Positions 50,828-64,000 of a DNA stretch of 64,000 nucleotides are shown one piece after another. Position 1 is the first letter of the stretch; each line of letters opens with the position of its first letter. Below the pieces are notes generated by a model, which ran no database searches, had not been told where the DNA came from, and saw nothing but the letters and a program-made list of their open reading frames with translations. The position numbers and the translations under genes are program-made. The stretch lies in contig NC_057720.1 of assembly GCF_004010195.1 (NCBI RefSeq), forward strand, positions 6,779,366-6,843,365, given 5' to 3'. The stretch comes from Chiloscyllium plagiosum. Lineage: Eukaryota.

Positions 50828-51137
50828 ATCAGTGGTTAGTGCTGCCTCCTCACGGCGTCAGGGACCCAGGTTCAATTCTTGCCTCAGGTGACTGTCTGTG
50901 TGGAGTTTGCACATTCACCCCATGTCTGCGTGGGTTTGCTCTGGTTTCCTCCCATGATCCAAAGATGTGCAGGTCAGGTGAGTTGGCCATGGTAAATTGC
51001 CCAACATGTTAGGTGCATTAGTCAGGGGTGAATAAAGGGCAAGGGAATGGGTCTGGGTGGGTTACTCTTCGGACATTCAGTGTGGACTTGTTGGGCTGAA
51101 CGACCTGTTGCCATGCTGTAGGGAATCTAATCTAATC
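50828..51137 (+). mobile_element. HE1-like V-SINE
   Basis: V-domain; aatctaatctaatct tail. Confidence 0.85.
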
Positions 51138-51764
51138 TTGTCCTTGTACATTTTGATTTGTACATACGTATCAACCAGAAGAATACTTTTATTCTGAGTT
51201 CATCCTGTGGTAGCCATTTTCTTGAATCACTGCCTCCATTGTCTGATGTGTAGCCCTGTCTAGAACTCACAGAATGAGAAGTTCTAAATTAAAACTACCA
51301 ACTGCAGGTTCTGGTGATCTTAAAATGAACAGAAAACAGAAATTGTTGGCAAAACTTAGCGGCTCCGTGGAATTAAATCAGAGTTAACATCTCCAACAGT
51401 TCTGAAGAAGGGTCACTGGACTCTTTCAACTCGATTTTCATTCCGCAGACCTGATGGGTTTCTCCAGTAATATCTGTTTTTCTTCCTTCAAAAAGATCTG
51501 TCTACAGATGATGTGGAGGAGCTGGTGTGGGACTGGGGTGGACAAGGTTAAAAATCACACAACACCTGGTTATCGTCCAACTGGTTTATCTGGAAACACC
51601 AGCTTTCGGAGCGCTACTTCTTCATTATGACAACCACCTGATGAAGGAGCAGCACTTTTTGTATGATTTTTAATTTTGTCTAAAGATGTTCAACTAGATA
51701 AAAGGAACCTGACATTGGTCAGTGAGCTCAAATTTCCATGCTGTTCTGATCATATGATTATTAA

Positions 51765-53165
51765 GGGGCCTGACAGGGTCAAAGCTGAGAGGATGTTTCC
51801 CTCATGGGAGAGTCTAGCACCAGAGGGTAACATCTCAGAATAAAGGGACACCAAGTTAAGGCTAAGATGAGGAGAAATTTCTTCTCTTGGAAGGTTCTGC
51901 GTCTTTGGAATTCCTTATCACAGAGAGCAGTGGAAGAAGGATCCTTGTGTATGTTCAAGGATGAGATCAATAGATTCTTGATCAGTCAGGGAATCAGGGT
52001 TATGGGGAAAGGACAGAAAAGTGGACATGAGTGTCGGATCAGCCTGGATCCTAATGAATGGTCGAGAAGGTTCAAGGGGCTGAAGGGCCTACTCCTGGTA
52101 CTATTTAGAGTCATACAGTCATAGAGACATAGAGATGTACAGCATGGAAACAGACCCATCGATCCAATCTGTCCATGCCGACCAGATATCCCAACCCAAT
52201 CTAGTCCCACCTGCCAGCACCCGGCCCATATCCCTCCAAACCCTTCCTATTCATATACCCATTCAAATGCCTCTTAAATGTTGCAATTGTACCAGCTTCC
52301 ACCACATCTTCTGGCAGCTCATTCCGTACACACACCACCCTCTGCGTGAAACAGTTGCCCCTTGGGTCTCTTTTATATCTTTCCCCTCTCACGCTAAACC
52401 TATGCCCTCTAGTTCTGGAGTCCCCAACCCCAAGGAAAAGACTTTGTCTATTTATCCTAACCATGCCCCTCATAATTTTGTAAACCTCCATAAGGTCACT
52501 CCTCAACCTCCGACGCTCCAGGGAAAACAGCCCCCGCCTGTTCAGCCTCTCCCTGTAGCTCAAATCTTCCAAACCTGGCAACATCCTTGTAAATCTTTTC
52601 TGAACCCTTTCAAGTTTCACAACATCTTTCCGATAGGAAGGAAACCTTCTTCACTATCCTATCTACGTGCGACTCCACTTTCAAGGAGTTATGAACTTGT
52701 ACTCCAAGGTCTCTTTGTTCAGCAACACTCCCTAGGACCTTACCATTAAGTGTATAAGTCCTGCTAAGATTTGCTTTCCCAAAATGCAGCACCTCGCATT
52801 TATCTGAATTAAACTCCATTTGCCACTTCTCAGCTCATTGGCCCATCTTCGCTATCCACAACACCTCCAATGTTGGTGTCATATGCAAACTTACTAACTG
52901 TATCTCTTATGCTCGCATCCAAATCATTTATGTAAATGACAAAAAGTAGTGGACCCAGCACCGATCCTTGTGGCATTCCACTGGTCACAGGCCTCCAGTC
53001 TGAAAAACAACCCTCCACCACCACTCTCTGTCTTCTACCTTTGAGCCAGTTTGTATCCAAATGGCTAGTTCTCCCTGTATTCCATGAGATCTAACCTTGC
53101 TAATCAGTCTCCCATGGGGAACCTTGTCGAATACCTTACTGAAATCCATATAGATCACATCTACT
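51765..53165. mobile_element. CR1 3' fragment (+, 51765-52105) tail-to-tail with a CR1/HER1 RT fragment (-, 52106-53165)
   Basis: YMDFSKVFDKVPH, SGMPQGSVLGPLLF and LERVQKRFTRMLPG on minus. Confidence 0.92.
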
Positions 53166-53487
53166 TTTCTTATGATCTTATGAAAGCTCTTTGGAGACAA
53201 GTGCAAAGAGTCTCTGAATAGCCATCGATGGCTTCCAGGAGTAGATCGATGTGGGTTTAACATTAAAATGGGAAAATGGTTGACATATTCATCAATGAAA
53301 CATGGGGAGATAGCAAGTAAGCAAGGCAGAAGAATACAGAGGGCTGTATTTCAGCCCCGATTTCTGGCAAATTTCTATCCTGGCAAAATTTCATGAATTT
53401 TAAGAGCTTATCATTATGAAAAATTACACGTTCATGAGCTTTCTGAAGGCACAAATTATAAATAGGAGCGAGCTTGAGGTATGGTTA

Positions 53488-53545
53488 AATATATATATAT
53501 ATATGTGTATTTCTATATATATATACATTAACATACATATATATG
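53488..53545. repeat. Imperfect (TA)n microsatellite
   Basis: atatatatat runs. Confidence 0.9.
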
Positions 53546-54559
53546 TGTGACTATATGGAGAAACATAGACATCCACGTTCACAATGATGCAATATTACCC
53601 TGTAATTTATTTTCAAGAGATTTTTGCAAAAGACACACAACTATGAAGGTAAATGATGGAATTTTGTCATTTATATAGAGCTGAAATGTATCCAATTGTA
53701 CAATATGTGGATGCACAAGAAAGATATTTAAAATGCGACCTCCGTTGTGTTGAGTTGCAAACAAGGACGTCAGAGATTATTTATTCCGAATGTAATCCTG
53801 CATGATTCTTGACAGGAATTCTAATCAGCCGCAGTGAGAATGCAAATGAGGAATACAGAAGTGTAAATTCTCCAGACTTTTCAGAGGCAGGGGCTGTCAG
53901 TTGTTGCATTGCCCCCTCTTTCCCACCTTCAGCACCATTGATAATCAGCTGAGGGGGTCAAAGTGCCTAGAGTCTAAAGTTGTTAAGAGGGATGGTGGTC
54001 CCCTTAATGAGGGAGGGGGGAAGGGGGGTACTGTCATCCTCCTTTATTGCACAGGGTGCACATTAAATTATTCTGGCATCTGAACAGGAAGACATGCAGT
54101 AATGAGGTATAGCTGTGACACGGGGAGGGCTCTCTCTATCTCCTTATTTTCGGGCATTACAGAGCTGCTGTGTGCAAATCAAGAAATTGGCCACTTTCTC
54201 TGTAAATGTTTTATTTGCTGGTTTTACTGAAACAAGGCAGCGAGCTGACTGTCCAATCACTTGCAATAAAAGAGAAAATTCAATTTTCTGCTGCACGTCT
54301 GTAAAAGTCTTTTGTCAATGCATAAAATAATAGCTAACGGCCTAATGAATCTTACAAATGAACTGGCTGCTGGACAACATCATTTACAGCTGCAAAAAAA
54401 GGTCACTTTTTTTTTATTCACAAGCTAATTGCTCATCTGTACACAGCATACTCCAAGGTTGAATTCTGAAACAGTCTTTAAGTGATTGCCAGAGCTGTGG
54501 TCACACCGAAAGAATAACAACCATAGACTGCATTTGTGTGGCACCCTTGATGAGGTAGC

Positions 54560-55200
54560 ACATCCCATGGCAGCTTCACAAAGAGAGATTACCCAACAGA
54601 AATATGGCTGAACCTTGGTAATGAGATATGAGGACCTCAAGCTTGGTCCAAGGGTATCTTAAAAGAAGAGAGAAAAGGAGGTGGTTGGTGGGGGGGGGAG
54701 AGAGAGAGAGAGAGACAGAGAGAGAGTGAAGGATATAGTAGGTTGTAGGGAGGTAACTCCAGAGCACTGGGTGCTGATCATGGTCCTCTCACATGGTAGA
54801 ATGATTGAAATTGGGAAGGTACAACAGGCCTATATTTGAGAGGAATCTCAACTGGAGGTACCAAAGGGCAAGACGATGGATGGTTTGAAAGACAAGAACC
54901 AGACAGTCAGCTAACGTAGATCAATGATCATAGGCCTGATGGATGAAAGAACTCAGTGTTAGTAAAAATATGGACAGTAGAATTTTGGATGAGTTCATGT
55001 CTACTGAAGACTGATCAGGCATCCATTGGAACAGTGAAGGTTAGAGGTGACAAAGGCATGACTGAGGGTTTCAACAGCTGATGAGTTGAGGGAAAGGCAG
55101 ACTTGGGCAACGTTCTGAACCTAGATTGGCAGTAGTAGTGGCAGTGTGGGTCTAGATCGAATGCACACTTCAGAGCTAAAAACAGCAGTAAGCTAGTGAG
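54560..55200 (-). mobile_element. Degenerate L2 LINE fragment containing a (GA)n tract
   Basis: Minus gaaaccctcagtcatgcctttgtcacctcta corresponds to the L2 'ETL.HAFVTS' motif. Confidence 0.6.
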
Positions 55201-56671
55201 CACTGCAGTTCAACCTTGGCTTTCTGTAGGGGAGAGGAACAAGGATGAAGTCAGCACGAGGTCCTGTCCAATCTATCAGTCCATATCTAACAGGGCCATT
55301 ATCTCATTTAGGATGTACAGATTAGGCTATCCATCAAAATTTGCATTAAGTCTTTGTTCATTATTACAGTTCGTTGCTATCAGTAAACATTAGTCTTTGT
55401 CAGTTCCTGACATATTAAAGGGCTCTTCAACCAATACAGTTTTACTGTGGAAAAAGTATGTGCTAGAAGTGGATGTCAGAAGTGTTGAATTAGCGATGAT
55501 CCTACTGAATGGCGGAGCAGGCTTGAGGGGCAGAATGGCCTTTCCTGTTCCTATTTCTTTTGATCTTGTAATAAATCAGGAATATCAAAGAATTGGCCTT
55601 CACGGACCATTTGGAGTCTTGGTGACTACTTCCATAGAATTACCGAATCCCTACAGTATGGGAGCAGGCCATTCAGCCCATCGAGTTCACACGACTCTCC
55701 AAAGAGCATCCCACCCAGACCTACTCTTGAAAGGCATCTGAATGGATATATGAATGGGAAGGGTTTGGAGGGATATGGTTCGGGTGCTGGCAGGTGGGAC
55801 TAGATTGGGTTGGGATACTGGTCAGCATGGACAGGTTGGTCCGAAGGGTCTGTTTCCATGCTGCACATCACTACGACTATGACTCCCCTATCTCCGTAAC
55901 CCTGCATTTCCAATGGCCAATCCACCCATCTTTGCGTTTTTCAATAAAAAGTAAAAGGTTGTGAAAGTTGTGAATTAGAATTACGAACTGAAAATGCAGA
56001 AACTTATAAAAGCATGACAATCGATTTGTACACAATGAACAGCAACGTGATACTGACCCGATAGTCCTTCATAGGACATGGGCATTTATTACCATCACTG
56101 TTGTTTTTGGCTTGCTAGACTGCTTCTTGAGGATAATTGTGAGTCACATATAAAATGCTGAAGGGATTGTCAAAGTAGGTGTCAAAGGTCAACTCCTCAT
56201 GTGGAGCAATCTAGAAAGAGAAGTCATAGTTTTAGGATGGTGGTGGGGTGGGGGGGAGGTTAGCAACAGATTTAAAACAGAGATGAGGAGAAATGACTTC
56301 TCTGAAAGGGTGACGAATCTGTGGAATTCACAGCCCCAGAGTGCAGTGGATGGTGAGATACTAATTAAGTTGAATGATGAGTTAAACCGACTTTTAAATC
56401 GGTAATGGGCCAAAGGGTAACGGGGAGCAGGCCGGGGAGTGGAATTGGGGTTGAGATGAGATCAAATTGAATGGTGGAGCAGGCTCAAGGGGGGGAATGG
56501 CCGACTCCTGTTCCAGCTCCTGGGTCTTACCTTCTTAAGTTGGTCAGACTTGGTAAGCATTCCTTCCCAATCTTTAATTATAGTACCCTATAAGTGAAAT
56601 ACAACCAAAAACAAAACTGCTGGTAAAACTCAGCGGGTCTAGCAGCATCTGTGGAGCGAAAGCAAAGTTAA

Positions 56672-56979
56672 TTAGATTAGATTACTTATAGTGTGGAAAC
56701 AGGCCCTTCGGCCCAACAAGTCCACACCGACCCTCTGAAGAGTAGCCCACCCAGGCCCATTTCCCTCTGACTAATGCACCTAACACTATGGGCAATTTAG
56801 CATGGCCAATTCACCTGACCTACACATCCTTGGACTGTAGAAGGAAACCGGAGCACCTGGAGGAAACCCACGCAGACGTGGGGAGAATGTGCAAACTCCA
56901 CACAGTCAGTTGCCCGAGACGGGAATTGAACTCAGGTCTCTAGCACTGTGAGGTAGCAGTGCTAACCACTGTGCCACCC
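56672..56979 (-). mobile_element. HE1-like V-SINE inserted in a Penelope family D element (~56600-57480) that also carries a family A insertion (~57120-57290)
   Basis: Host reads gcaaagttaa|tgtttcgcatccagtgacctttcttcaaaact across the SINE. Confidence 0.8.
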
Positions 56980-57734
56980 AATGTTTCGCATCCAGTGACC
57001 TTTCTTCAAAACTGATTGTAGATAGGAAAAGGAATGTATATATGCTGAAGCTGGAGAGTGGGGAGGAGTCAATGATAGGTGGAGCTCAGAGCAAGAGAAC
57101 AATAGTTGAACAGACAAGGGAATTCTCCAGCTTCCTCATTTCCCCTCCCCCCACCTTATCTCAGTCCCAACCCTCAGATTCAGCACACACCAGCCTCATT
57201 CCTGAAGAAGGGCTTATGCCCGAAACATCGATTCTCCTGCTCCTCGGACGCTGCCTGGCCTGCTGTGTTTTTCCAGCACCACATTTTTCAACAATGGTTA
57301 AAAGTCAGCCTAGGAGAATCAATAGCTGCTAATTGGGACCATTGGTAGCTGACAATGGGATGGTTGTGGTAACAGCCCTTGTGATGTCAAAGCCTGGTAT
57401 GTGGGCATTGGGGTAAAGGATTGAAGAAGGCGTTCAGGCCCTAATATTACTGAGCTTGATATTGAATCACAAAGGCTTCAGCGTAATCTGGAAAAACAGC
57501 ATTGCATGTTCCTCTTGGTGACCCTGCAACCTATGTACCCTCAAACTGTTTTTCTCATTCCCCTCCGACATACACCTGGTTTGCAGTGCTTGGTTGGGGG
57601 GACAGCTGAGTTTTAAATATGTCATCGGTGCCAGTAATCCCAGAGACTCCCATCAGTGGTAAGTGCTTTTACCATTGCAGAGTGCACAACAGTATGGGTG
57701 AGGCAACATAGATACACTGTGCATACACAATGAG

Positions 57735-58815
57735 GCAAGGGAACCCGCCATTTGGATACAGAACTGGCTCAAAGGTAGAAGGCTTGTTTTTCAGGCTGGA
57801 GGCCTGCGACCAGCGGAGTGCCACAAGGATCAGTTGCTGGATCCACTACTTTTCGTCCTTTATATAAATGATTTGGATGTAAGCACAAGAGGTATCGTTA
57901 GTAAGTTTGCTGATGACAGCAAAATTGGAGGTGTAGTGGACAGCGAAGAAGGTTACCTCAGATTACAATGATCAGATGGGCCAATCGGCTGAGAAGTGGC
58001 AGATGGAGTTTAATTCAGATAAGTGCGAGGTGCTGCATTTTGGGAAAGCAAATCTTAGCAGAACTTAAACACTTAATGGTAAGGTCCTAGGGAGTGTTGC
58101 TGAACAAAGAGACCTTGGAGGGCAGGTTCATAGCTCCTTGAAAGTGGAGTCGCAGGTAGATAGGATAGTGTAGAAGGCGTTTCGTATGCTTTCTTTTATT
58201 GGTCAGAGTACTGAGTACAGGAGATGAGGTCATGTTGTGGCTGTACAGGACATTGGTTAGGCCGCTGTTGGAATATCGTGTGCAATTCTGGTCTTCTTCC
58301 TATCAGAAAGATGTTTTGAAACTTGAAAGGGTTCAGAAAAGATTTACAAGGATGTTGCCAGGGTTGGAGGATTTGAGCTATAGGGAGAGGTTGAATCAGC
58401 TGGGGCTGTTTTCCCTGGAGCGTCGGAGGCTGAGAGGTGACCTCATAGAGGTTTATAAAATCATGAGAGGCATGGAGAGGGTAAATAGGCAAAGTCTTTT
58501 CCCTGGGGTTGGGGAATCCAGAATGAGAGGGCATAGGTTTAGGGTGAGAGGGGAAAGATATAAAAGAGACCTAAGGGGCAACTTTTTCACACAGAGGATG
58601 GTATGTGTATAGAAGGAGCTGCCAGAGGAAGTGGTGGAGGCTGGTACAATTGCAACATTTAAGAGGCATTTGGATGGGTATATGAATAGGAAGGGTTTGG
58701 AGGGATCTGGGCCAGGTGCTGGCAGGTGTGACTAGATTGAGTTGGGATATCTGGTCAGCATGGACGGGTTGGACCGAAGGGTCTGTTTCCGTGTTGTACA
58801 TCTCTATGACTCTGT
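57735..58815 (+). mobile_element. CR1/HER1 LINE RT-3' fragment
   Basis: SKFADDSK, LVRPLLEYRVQFWS; ctctatgactct tail. Confidence 0.93.
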
Positions 58816-59387
58816 GAAAAAGACATTGGAGAATCTGACAGGTTTTTACAACAATCAATGAAACTTTTGTGGTCACCATTGCTGAGTCTAGATTTTAAAT
58901 CCACACTTCCTTTATTGGTACCATTGTAGAATTTGAACTCAGGTCTCAGCACATTAGCTTATTGCTAGTCTAGCGATATCATCGCTAAGCCATATGATGT
59001 TCAGGGGTACATGCGGCCCAGAACACCTGTCAAAACCTCAAAGTCTTCCTTCTCAAAATGTTGTAAGATCTTTTACCATCATCTGGGACCTCAGCTTGAC
59101 GTTGTAGTTGAAACCCAGCATGTACTGACAATGCAGCTCTTCCCTCCTATGACAATGTATCTGGGTTATGTGCCACAGTCTTCAGCATGGGACCTGAACC
59201 CACAATCAGCAGATCCTTTGAGAAGAGTCCTACCCAGAGGGACTCAAGACGAGAGAGAGGTAGAGCACTGGAGTATATGGAGAGCTGGGGAAAATAATTT
59301 CAAGCAACTAATCATAGACAGAAGATAGATGAAATTCAGCCCAGAGAAGGAGAAAGTGGTGCATTTTAAAAAGAGATTTAAAAAAAA

Positions 59388-59703
59388 GGGGCAGCATGGT
59401 GGCTCAGTGGTTAGCACTGCTGCCTCACAGCACCAGGGTCCCAGGTTCAATTCCCAGCCTCGGGCGACTGTCTGTGTGGAGTTTGCACGTTCTCCCTGTG
59501 TCTGCGTGGGTTTCCTCCGGGTGCTCCGGTTTCCTCCCACAGTCCAAAGATGTGCAGACCAGGTGTATTCGCTATGCTAAATTGCCTGTAGTGTTAGGTG
59601 CATTAGTCAGAAGGAAATGGGCCTGGGTGGGTTACTCTTCGGAGGGTCGGTGTGGACTGGTTGGGCTGAAGGGCCTGCTTCCACACTGTAGGGAATCTAA
59701 TCA
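59388..59703 (+). mobile_element. Full-length HE1-like V-SINE
   Basis: A/B boxes, V-domain, gggaatctaatc tail. Confidence 0.92.
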
Positions 59704-60494
59704 AGAAATGAAAGGGAAAACCAAAGGAAGGAGGAGTGATTAAATGAGCAAAAGATGATGGTATAAGGCAAAAGGAGGTGGAATATATACACTGTGGATC
59801 CGGTTATAAGTTTGCTCACTGAGCTGGAAGATTGGTTCGCAGACATTTCATCACCTTGCTAGGAAACATCATCAGTGAGCTTCCAATGGTGTACTGTCCC
59901 CCTTTGTATTTATGCTGACTTGGTCTGTTGTGACCTAGCATGGTGATGAAACATCTAAGAACAAAACTTCCAGCTCAGCGAGCAAACTTACAACCTGAAC
60001 CTCAACCCAGGCCATATATCTTCACAAAAATTGCAAATATATGGGTAGATACTTCGAGTGAGCGATACAGAAGGAGACCACTGAGTCCACAACAATCTCT
60101 GTGGAGCAATCAAATCTGTTAAAAAGTTAAAATGTGAAACAGCCAACACAAACCACCTTTAAATGAGTTTAATAGAATTGGAGTTGGGATCAGTTCAAGG
60201 GAGGTGGTTTGGGAACTAGACCTCTTTAAGGAGGCAGGATGCTTTCGTTGTAAATGATTCTGTTTGTAACCAGGTTTCTGGACAGGAATGCCAATGGGTA
60301 GGAGAAAGCATAAACTACCAAATCCATCAGGTAAGTCCTTTCCAGTGAGATTGCTTCCTCTGCAGCCAAACCCTCCCAGCTTCCCAAAAAACATTGGTCC
60401 TAACCTTCCGCCAATCTCTGATACCCTGTTGTGATCAGTGACCTCATGATCGCCCAGTCTCCATCCCTACCCTCCAACATCTTTTTATCATTCA

Positions 60495-61600
60495 TGCTAC
60501 AAGGGCATCGCTGGCGAGTCCAAGGTTTATTGCCCATCCTTTGCTGATCTTGAGAAGATGGCCGTCAGCTACCTTCTTAAATTATTGCAGTCTGTAGGTG
60601 CACATTGCTGTGAAGGAGGGAACTTCAGGATTTTGACCCAACAACACTGAAGGACTGGCAGTATAATTCCAAATCAGGATGGTGTATGACTTGGAGAGGT
60701 AAGTGGCCATTGGTGGTGCTCCCATGTGTCTGGTCCTTAGTCTTTCTAGTTGGTGAAGGTCACGGGTTTGGAAGGTTCTGTCCGAGGCATCTTGGCAAGT
60801 TGCAACAAAGCATCTTGTTGATAAATACGCAATGTTGTGATGGTGGGCGTGACTGTTGAAGGTGTTCGATGAAGTAAAAATCAAGTGGGCTCCTTTGTCC
60901 TGGAGGGTGTGAAGTTTCCTGAGTGTTGTTGGAGCTGTATTCATCCAGATATTCCACCACTCTCCTGCTTCATGCCTTGTTGATAGTGCACAGGGTTTGG
61001 AGAGTCAAAGGTGAGTGACTTGCTACATAATTCCCTCCAACTCCCTGCCAGTCTCTGAGCTTCGCCTGGTGCTGCCATACCTATATGGCTAGTCCAGTTC
61101 AGGTTTTGGTCAATGGTAATCTCTAGAATGTCAATAGTATGGAATTCATCAAAGATAATCAAAGTTTGGGAGAAGATTTGTAGCTCGGGTGCTCGTTGTT
61201 GTGGTTCTGTTCGCCGAGCTGGGAATTTGTGTTGCAGACGTTTCATCCCCTGTCTAGGTGACATCCTCAGTGCTTGGGAGCCTCCTGTGAAGCGCTTCTG
61301 TGATATTTCCTCCGGCAGGAAACATCACAGAAGCGCTTCGCAGGAGGCTCCCAAGCACTGAGGATGTCACCTAGAAAGGGGACAAAACGTCTGCAACACA
61401 AATCCCCAGTTTATCAAAGATAATGCTATTAAATGTCAAGGGACAATTGCATGGAATTTAGATGCTGCGAATATTCGTTCTCATTAAACCAACCCAAATC
61501 TAGATATTGTCCAGATCTTGGTTCATACTGCTTCGGTATCTGAGAAGCTACGAATGATGCTAAACATTGTGTAATCATCAGCAAATATCCCTTTGTCTGA
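60495..61600 (-). mobile_element. Degenerate CR1/L2-group LINE 3' region (partner tail of the second SINE family)
   Basis: Minus ORF APTTLRKLHTLQDK; tail gggcaataaa..gccagcgatgccc. Confidence 0.7.
61160..61412. mobile_element. Fold-back Penelope family B mini-element with a 12-bp TSD
   Basis: Inverted pLTR arms; atcaaagataat at 61148-61159 and 61413-61424. Confidence 0.85.
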
Positions 61601-61602
61601 GT

Positions 61603-61910
61603 AGATTAGATTCCCTACAGTGTGGAAACAGGCCCTTCGGCCCAACCAGTTCACACCAACCCTCTGAAGAGTAACTCACCCAGGCCCATTTCTTTCTGAC
61701 TAATGCACCTAACACTATGGGCAATTTAGCATGGCCACTTCACCTGGCCTGCGCATCTTTGGACTGTAGGAGGAAACCGGAGCACCCGGAGGAAACCCAC
61801 GCAGACACGGGGAGTATGTGCAAACTCCGCACAGTCACCCGAGGCTGGAATCGAACTTGGACCCTGTTGCTGTGAGGCAGCAGTGCTAACCACTGAGCCA
61901 CCATGCCACC
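61603..61910 (-). mobile_element. Full-length HE1-like V-SINE
   Basis: Reverse complement of the 59388-59703 family. Confidence 0.9.
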
Positions 61911-63604
61911 CATGATCTTTTGCCTCCAATATCTCTCAAAACCCTTGCAATCAACTTTGACCTTCTAAGCCACAGCGTACACACTTATCACAAGTTCTAC
62001 CCCAAACAGCTCGACTTTTACTTGATCTTGGATTGCAACCACTTCAGAAGCCTCCTCCACCTGACTGTGTACCCATCCTGCCAATCGTGCTGGCATCTGG
62101 GCAGGGAACATTGCAACCAAAAGCACACAGACCATTGAGTTAAAACTCAGAACCATAATTCCTCCCAGCAGCTCAGCAAAGTCCTGCCAGTAAATATCAG
62201 GCTTGTTCACTATGTTTCTCTCTCTCCATCAATACTGTCTGACCTGCTGAATGTGTCCAGCATCTCCTATTAGAAAGATTAAATCTTCATTGCCATTAAT
62301 CTGCAAGTATGTCAAGTTGCTGACATTAAGATACCTTGTTCTGACTCAGGATTAATCCACTCAGAAGGTAATTGGGAAAACAACCAGAGGCAACCTGAGA
62401 AAAATATGTTTTACACAGTCGGCTTTTATGACCTGCAAATGCATTGCTTGAAAGGTTGGTGGAATCCGTTTCATTAACAATTTTCAGAAGAGAATTGGAC
62501 ATATACTTAAAAGGAGAGAAAAATGCTTGGCTATGGGGAAAGAGCACGGCTGTGGAATTAATTAGCTCCATGAACGAGCTGTCAGATGAATAACGGACTG
62601 AATGGCCACCACTGTGTAGTATTGTTCCATGGTTAAGGCAACAGGCATTTCCAAATTTTAATTCTGTTATTCCGGCACTTCAATAAGCTTATATGATTTC
62701 AGTCTCACTAATTAGAACAGTAGGGAGGTTCTGATGACTGGAAACATAGCATTGTATAATGATGTGGGATCGTGCAAATTACCTGTGAACAGTCTGAAAT
62801 GCTCAGCTAAAGCATCATGATCTCCATCATATTTGAATATTACTTGGAGTACAGACCAAAGTTTGACCCCACTATCCTGGTCCAGTGCTATGCCAGTCTG
62901 TCAGCACTTTAATTTTTAACAGCAATTTCCAAAATACTAAATGAGTTTTTCCCCATTATTATACTCTAAGATTGGCTCTTTGAGATTACTAATTAGTGCC
63001 CCATTGGTGGTTGCACCTTTGTCTGCCTAACACCATAATTCTGAAATTTCCTCCCTCCTACACAATGCCTCTCTACCTCTCTTTGCCCCTTTAAGACACC
63101 GCCAAGCTGGCTGAGCAAGCTTTGATTCATCTGTTAAAAGTAAAACACTGTGCATGCCAGAAATCTATATAAAAACAGAAAGTGGTGGAGAAACTCAGCA
63201 AGTGAGGAGAGGAACAGAGTTAACATTTCAAATCCGATACAATTCTTCTTGCGAACTCTTCGTTCCACAGATTCGGCCAGATCTGCTGAGTTTCTCCAGC
63301 ACCTCCTGTGTATATTTGGGTGACCAAAGCTGTTCTTGTGGCTGAGTATCATACCTTGCTTCATGATGCCCCCGCAAAACAAACTGAGATGTTTTATTGT
63401 GTCAATTTGTGGCTGTTTGTTCAATTCTACACAACGGAAATCCCAGCCCCAAAAGTTTCCATCTTTCAATTTCTCTTGTCTCCTTTAAGGCCATAAGGTA
63501 TAGCAGCAGAACCAGTCCATTCAGCCCATCGAGTCTGCTCTGCTTTTCAATAGAATCGTGGCTGGTCCAATAATCCTCAACTCCACATTCCTGCTTCTCT
63601 TAGC

Positions 63605-63826
63605 GAGTTCTTTGAGAAAGTTTGTAGCTCACGTTGAGCTTCTGGATGGAGGTTTGCTCGCTGAGCTGGAAGGTTCATTTCCAGATGTTTCATCACCATA
63701 CTAGGTAACATCTTCAATGAGCCTCCGGACTTCGCCTGGAGACCCACTGAAGATGTTACCTTGTAGGGTGACGAAACGTCTAGAAATGAACCTTCCAGCT
63801 CAGTGGGCAAACCTACATCCAGACCC
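63605..63826. mobile_element. Fold-back Penelope family B-related mini-element within a minus-strand CR1 3' end (63490-64000)
   Basis: Inverted arms; cca-ctgaaga-tgttacc..ggtgac-gaaacgtc; cctgctt repeated on both sides; related element at ~59798-60035. Confidence 0.75.
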
Positions 63827-64000
63827 TGCTTTTCTCCATAACCCTTGATTCCCTTATTAAATATACTTAATGACCCAGCCTCTTTACACCTCTGCAGTAA
63901 AGAATTCCACAGAATTACAACCCTCAGAGAAACTAATTGCTCCTCATCTCTGACTTAAATGACCCCTCACTCTGAGATTATTCCTTTTTATCCCAGACTC

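Noticed and set aside
59388..59460. tRNA genes
   Set aside because: A/B boxes belong to SINE heads that continue into the V-domain and LINE tail; no full cloverleaf.

Overview
Repeat-dominated vertebrate DNA, most likely from a shark or other elasmobranch (inferred from many HE1-type V-SINEs and HER1/CR1 LINE fragments). I found no host protein-coding exon; it reads like a large intron or gene desert, with two assembly gaps (24948-25447, 44779-45224). Nearly all ORFs in the track are LINE, SINE or Penelope fragments. Two things stand out. (1) A Tx1-clade LINE appears to be target-specific. It sits immediately after the TATA box (TATAAACA(G/A)G) of a ~225-bp LTR-like element at two separate loci (1.1-2.4 kb and 47.0-49.4 kb). 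At the second locus it has inserted serially five times with an identical 5' breakpoint, together with polyadenylated pieces of other LTR copies. An empty copy of the LTR lies at 36297-36521. (2) At least four Penelope-related repeat families carry minimal hammerhead-ribozyme cores with palindromic stem III tetramers, often as fold-back mini-elements with long TSDs. Coordinates of degenerate repeats are approximate, and family names come from recall, not a database search.
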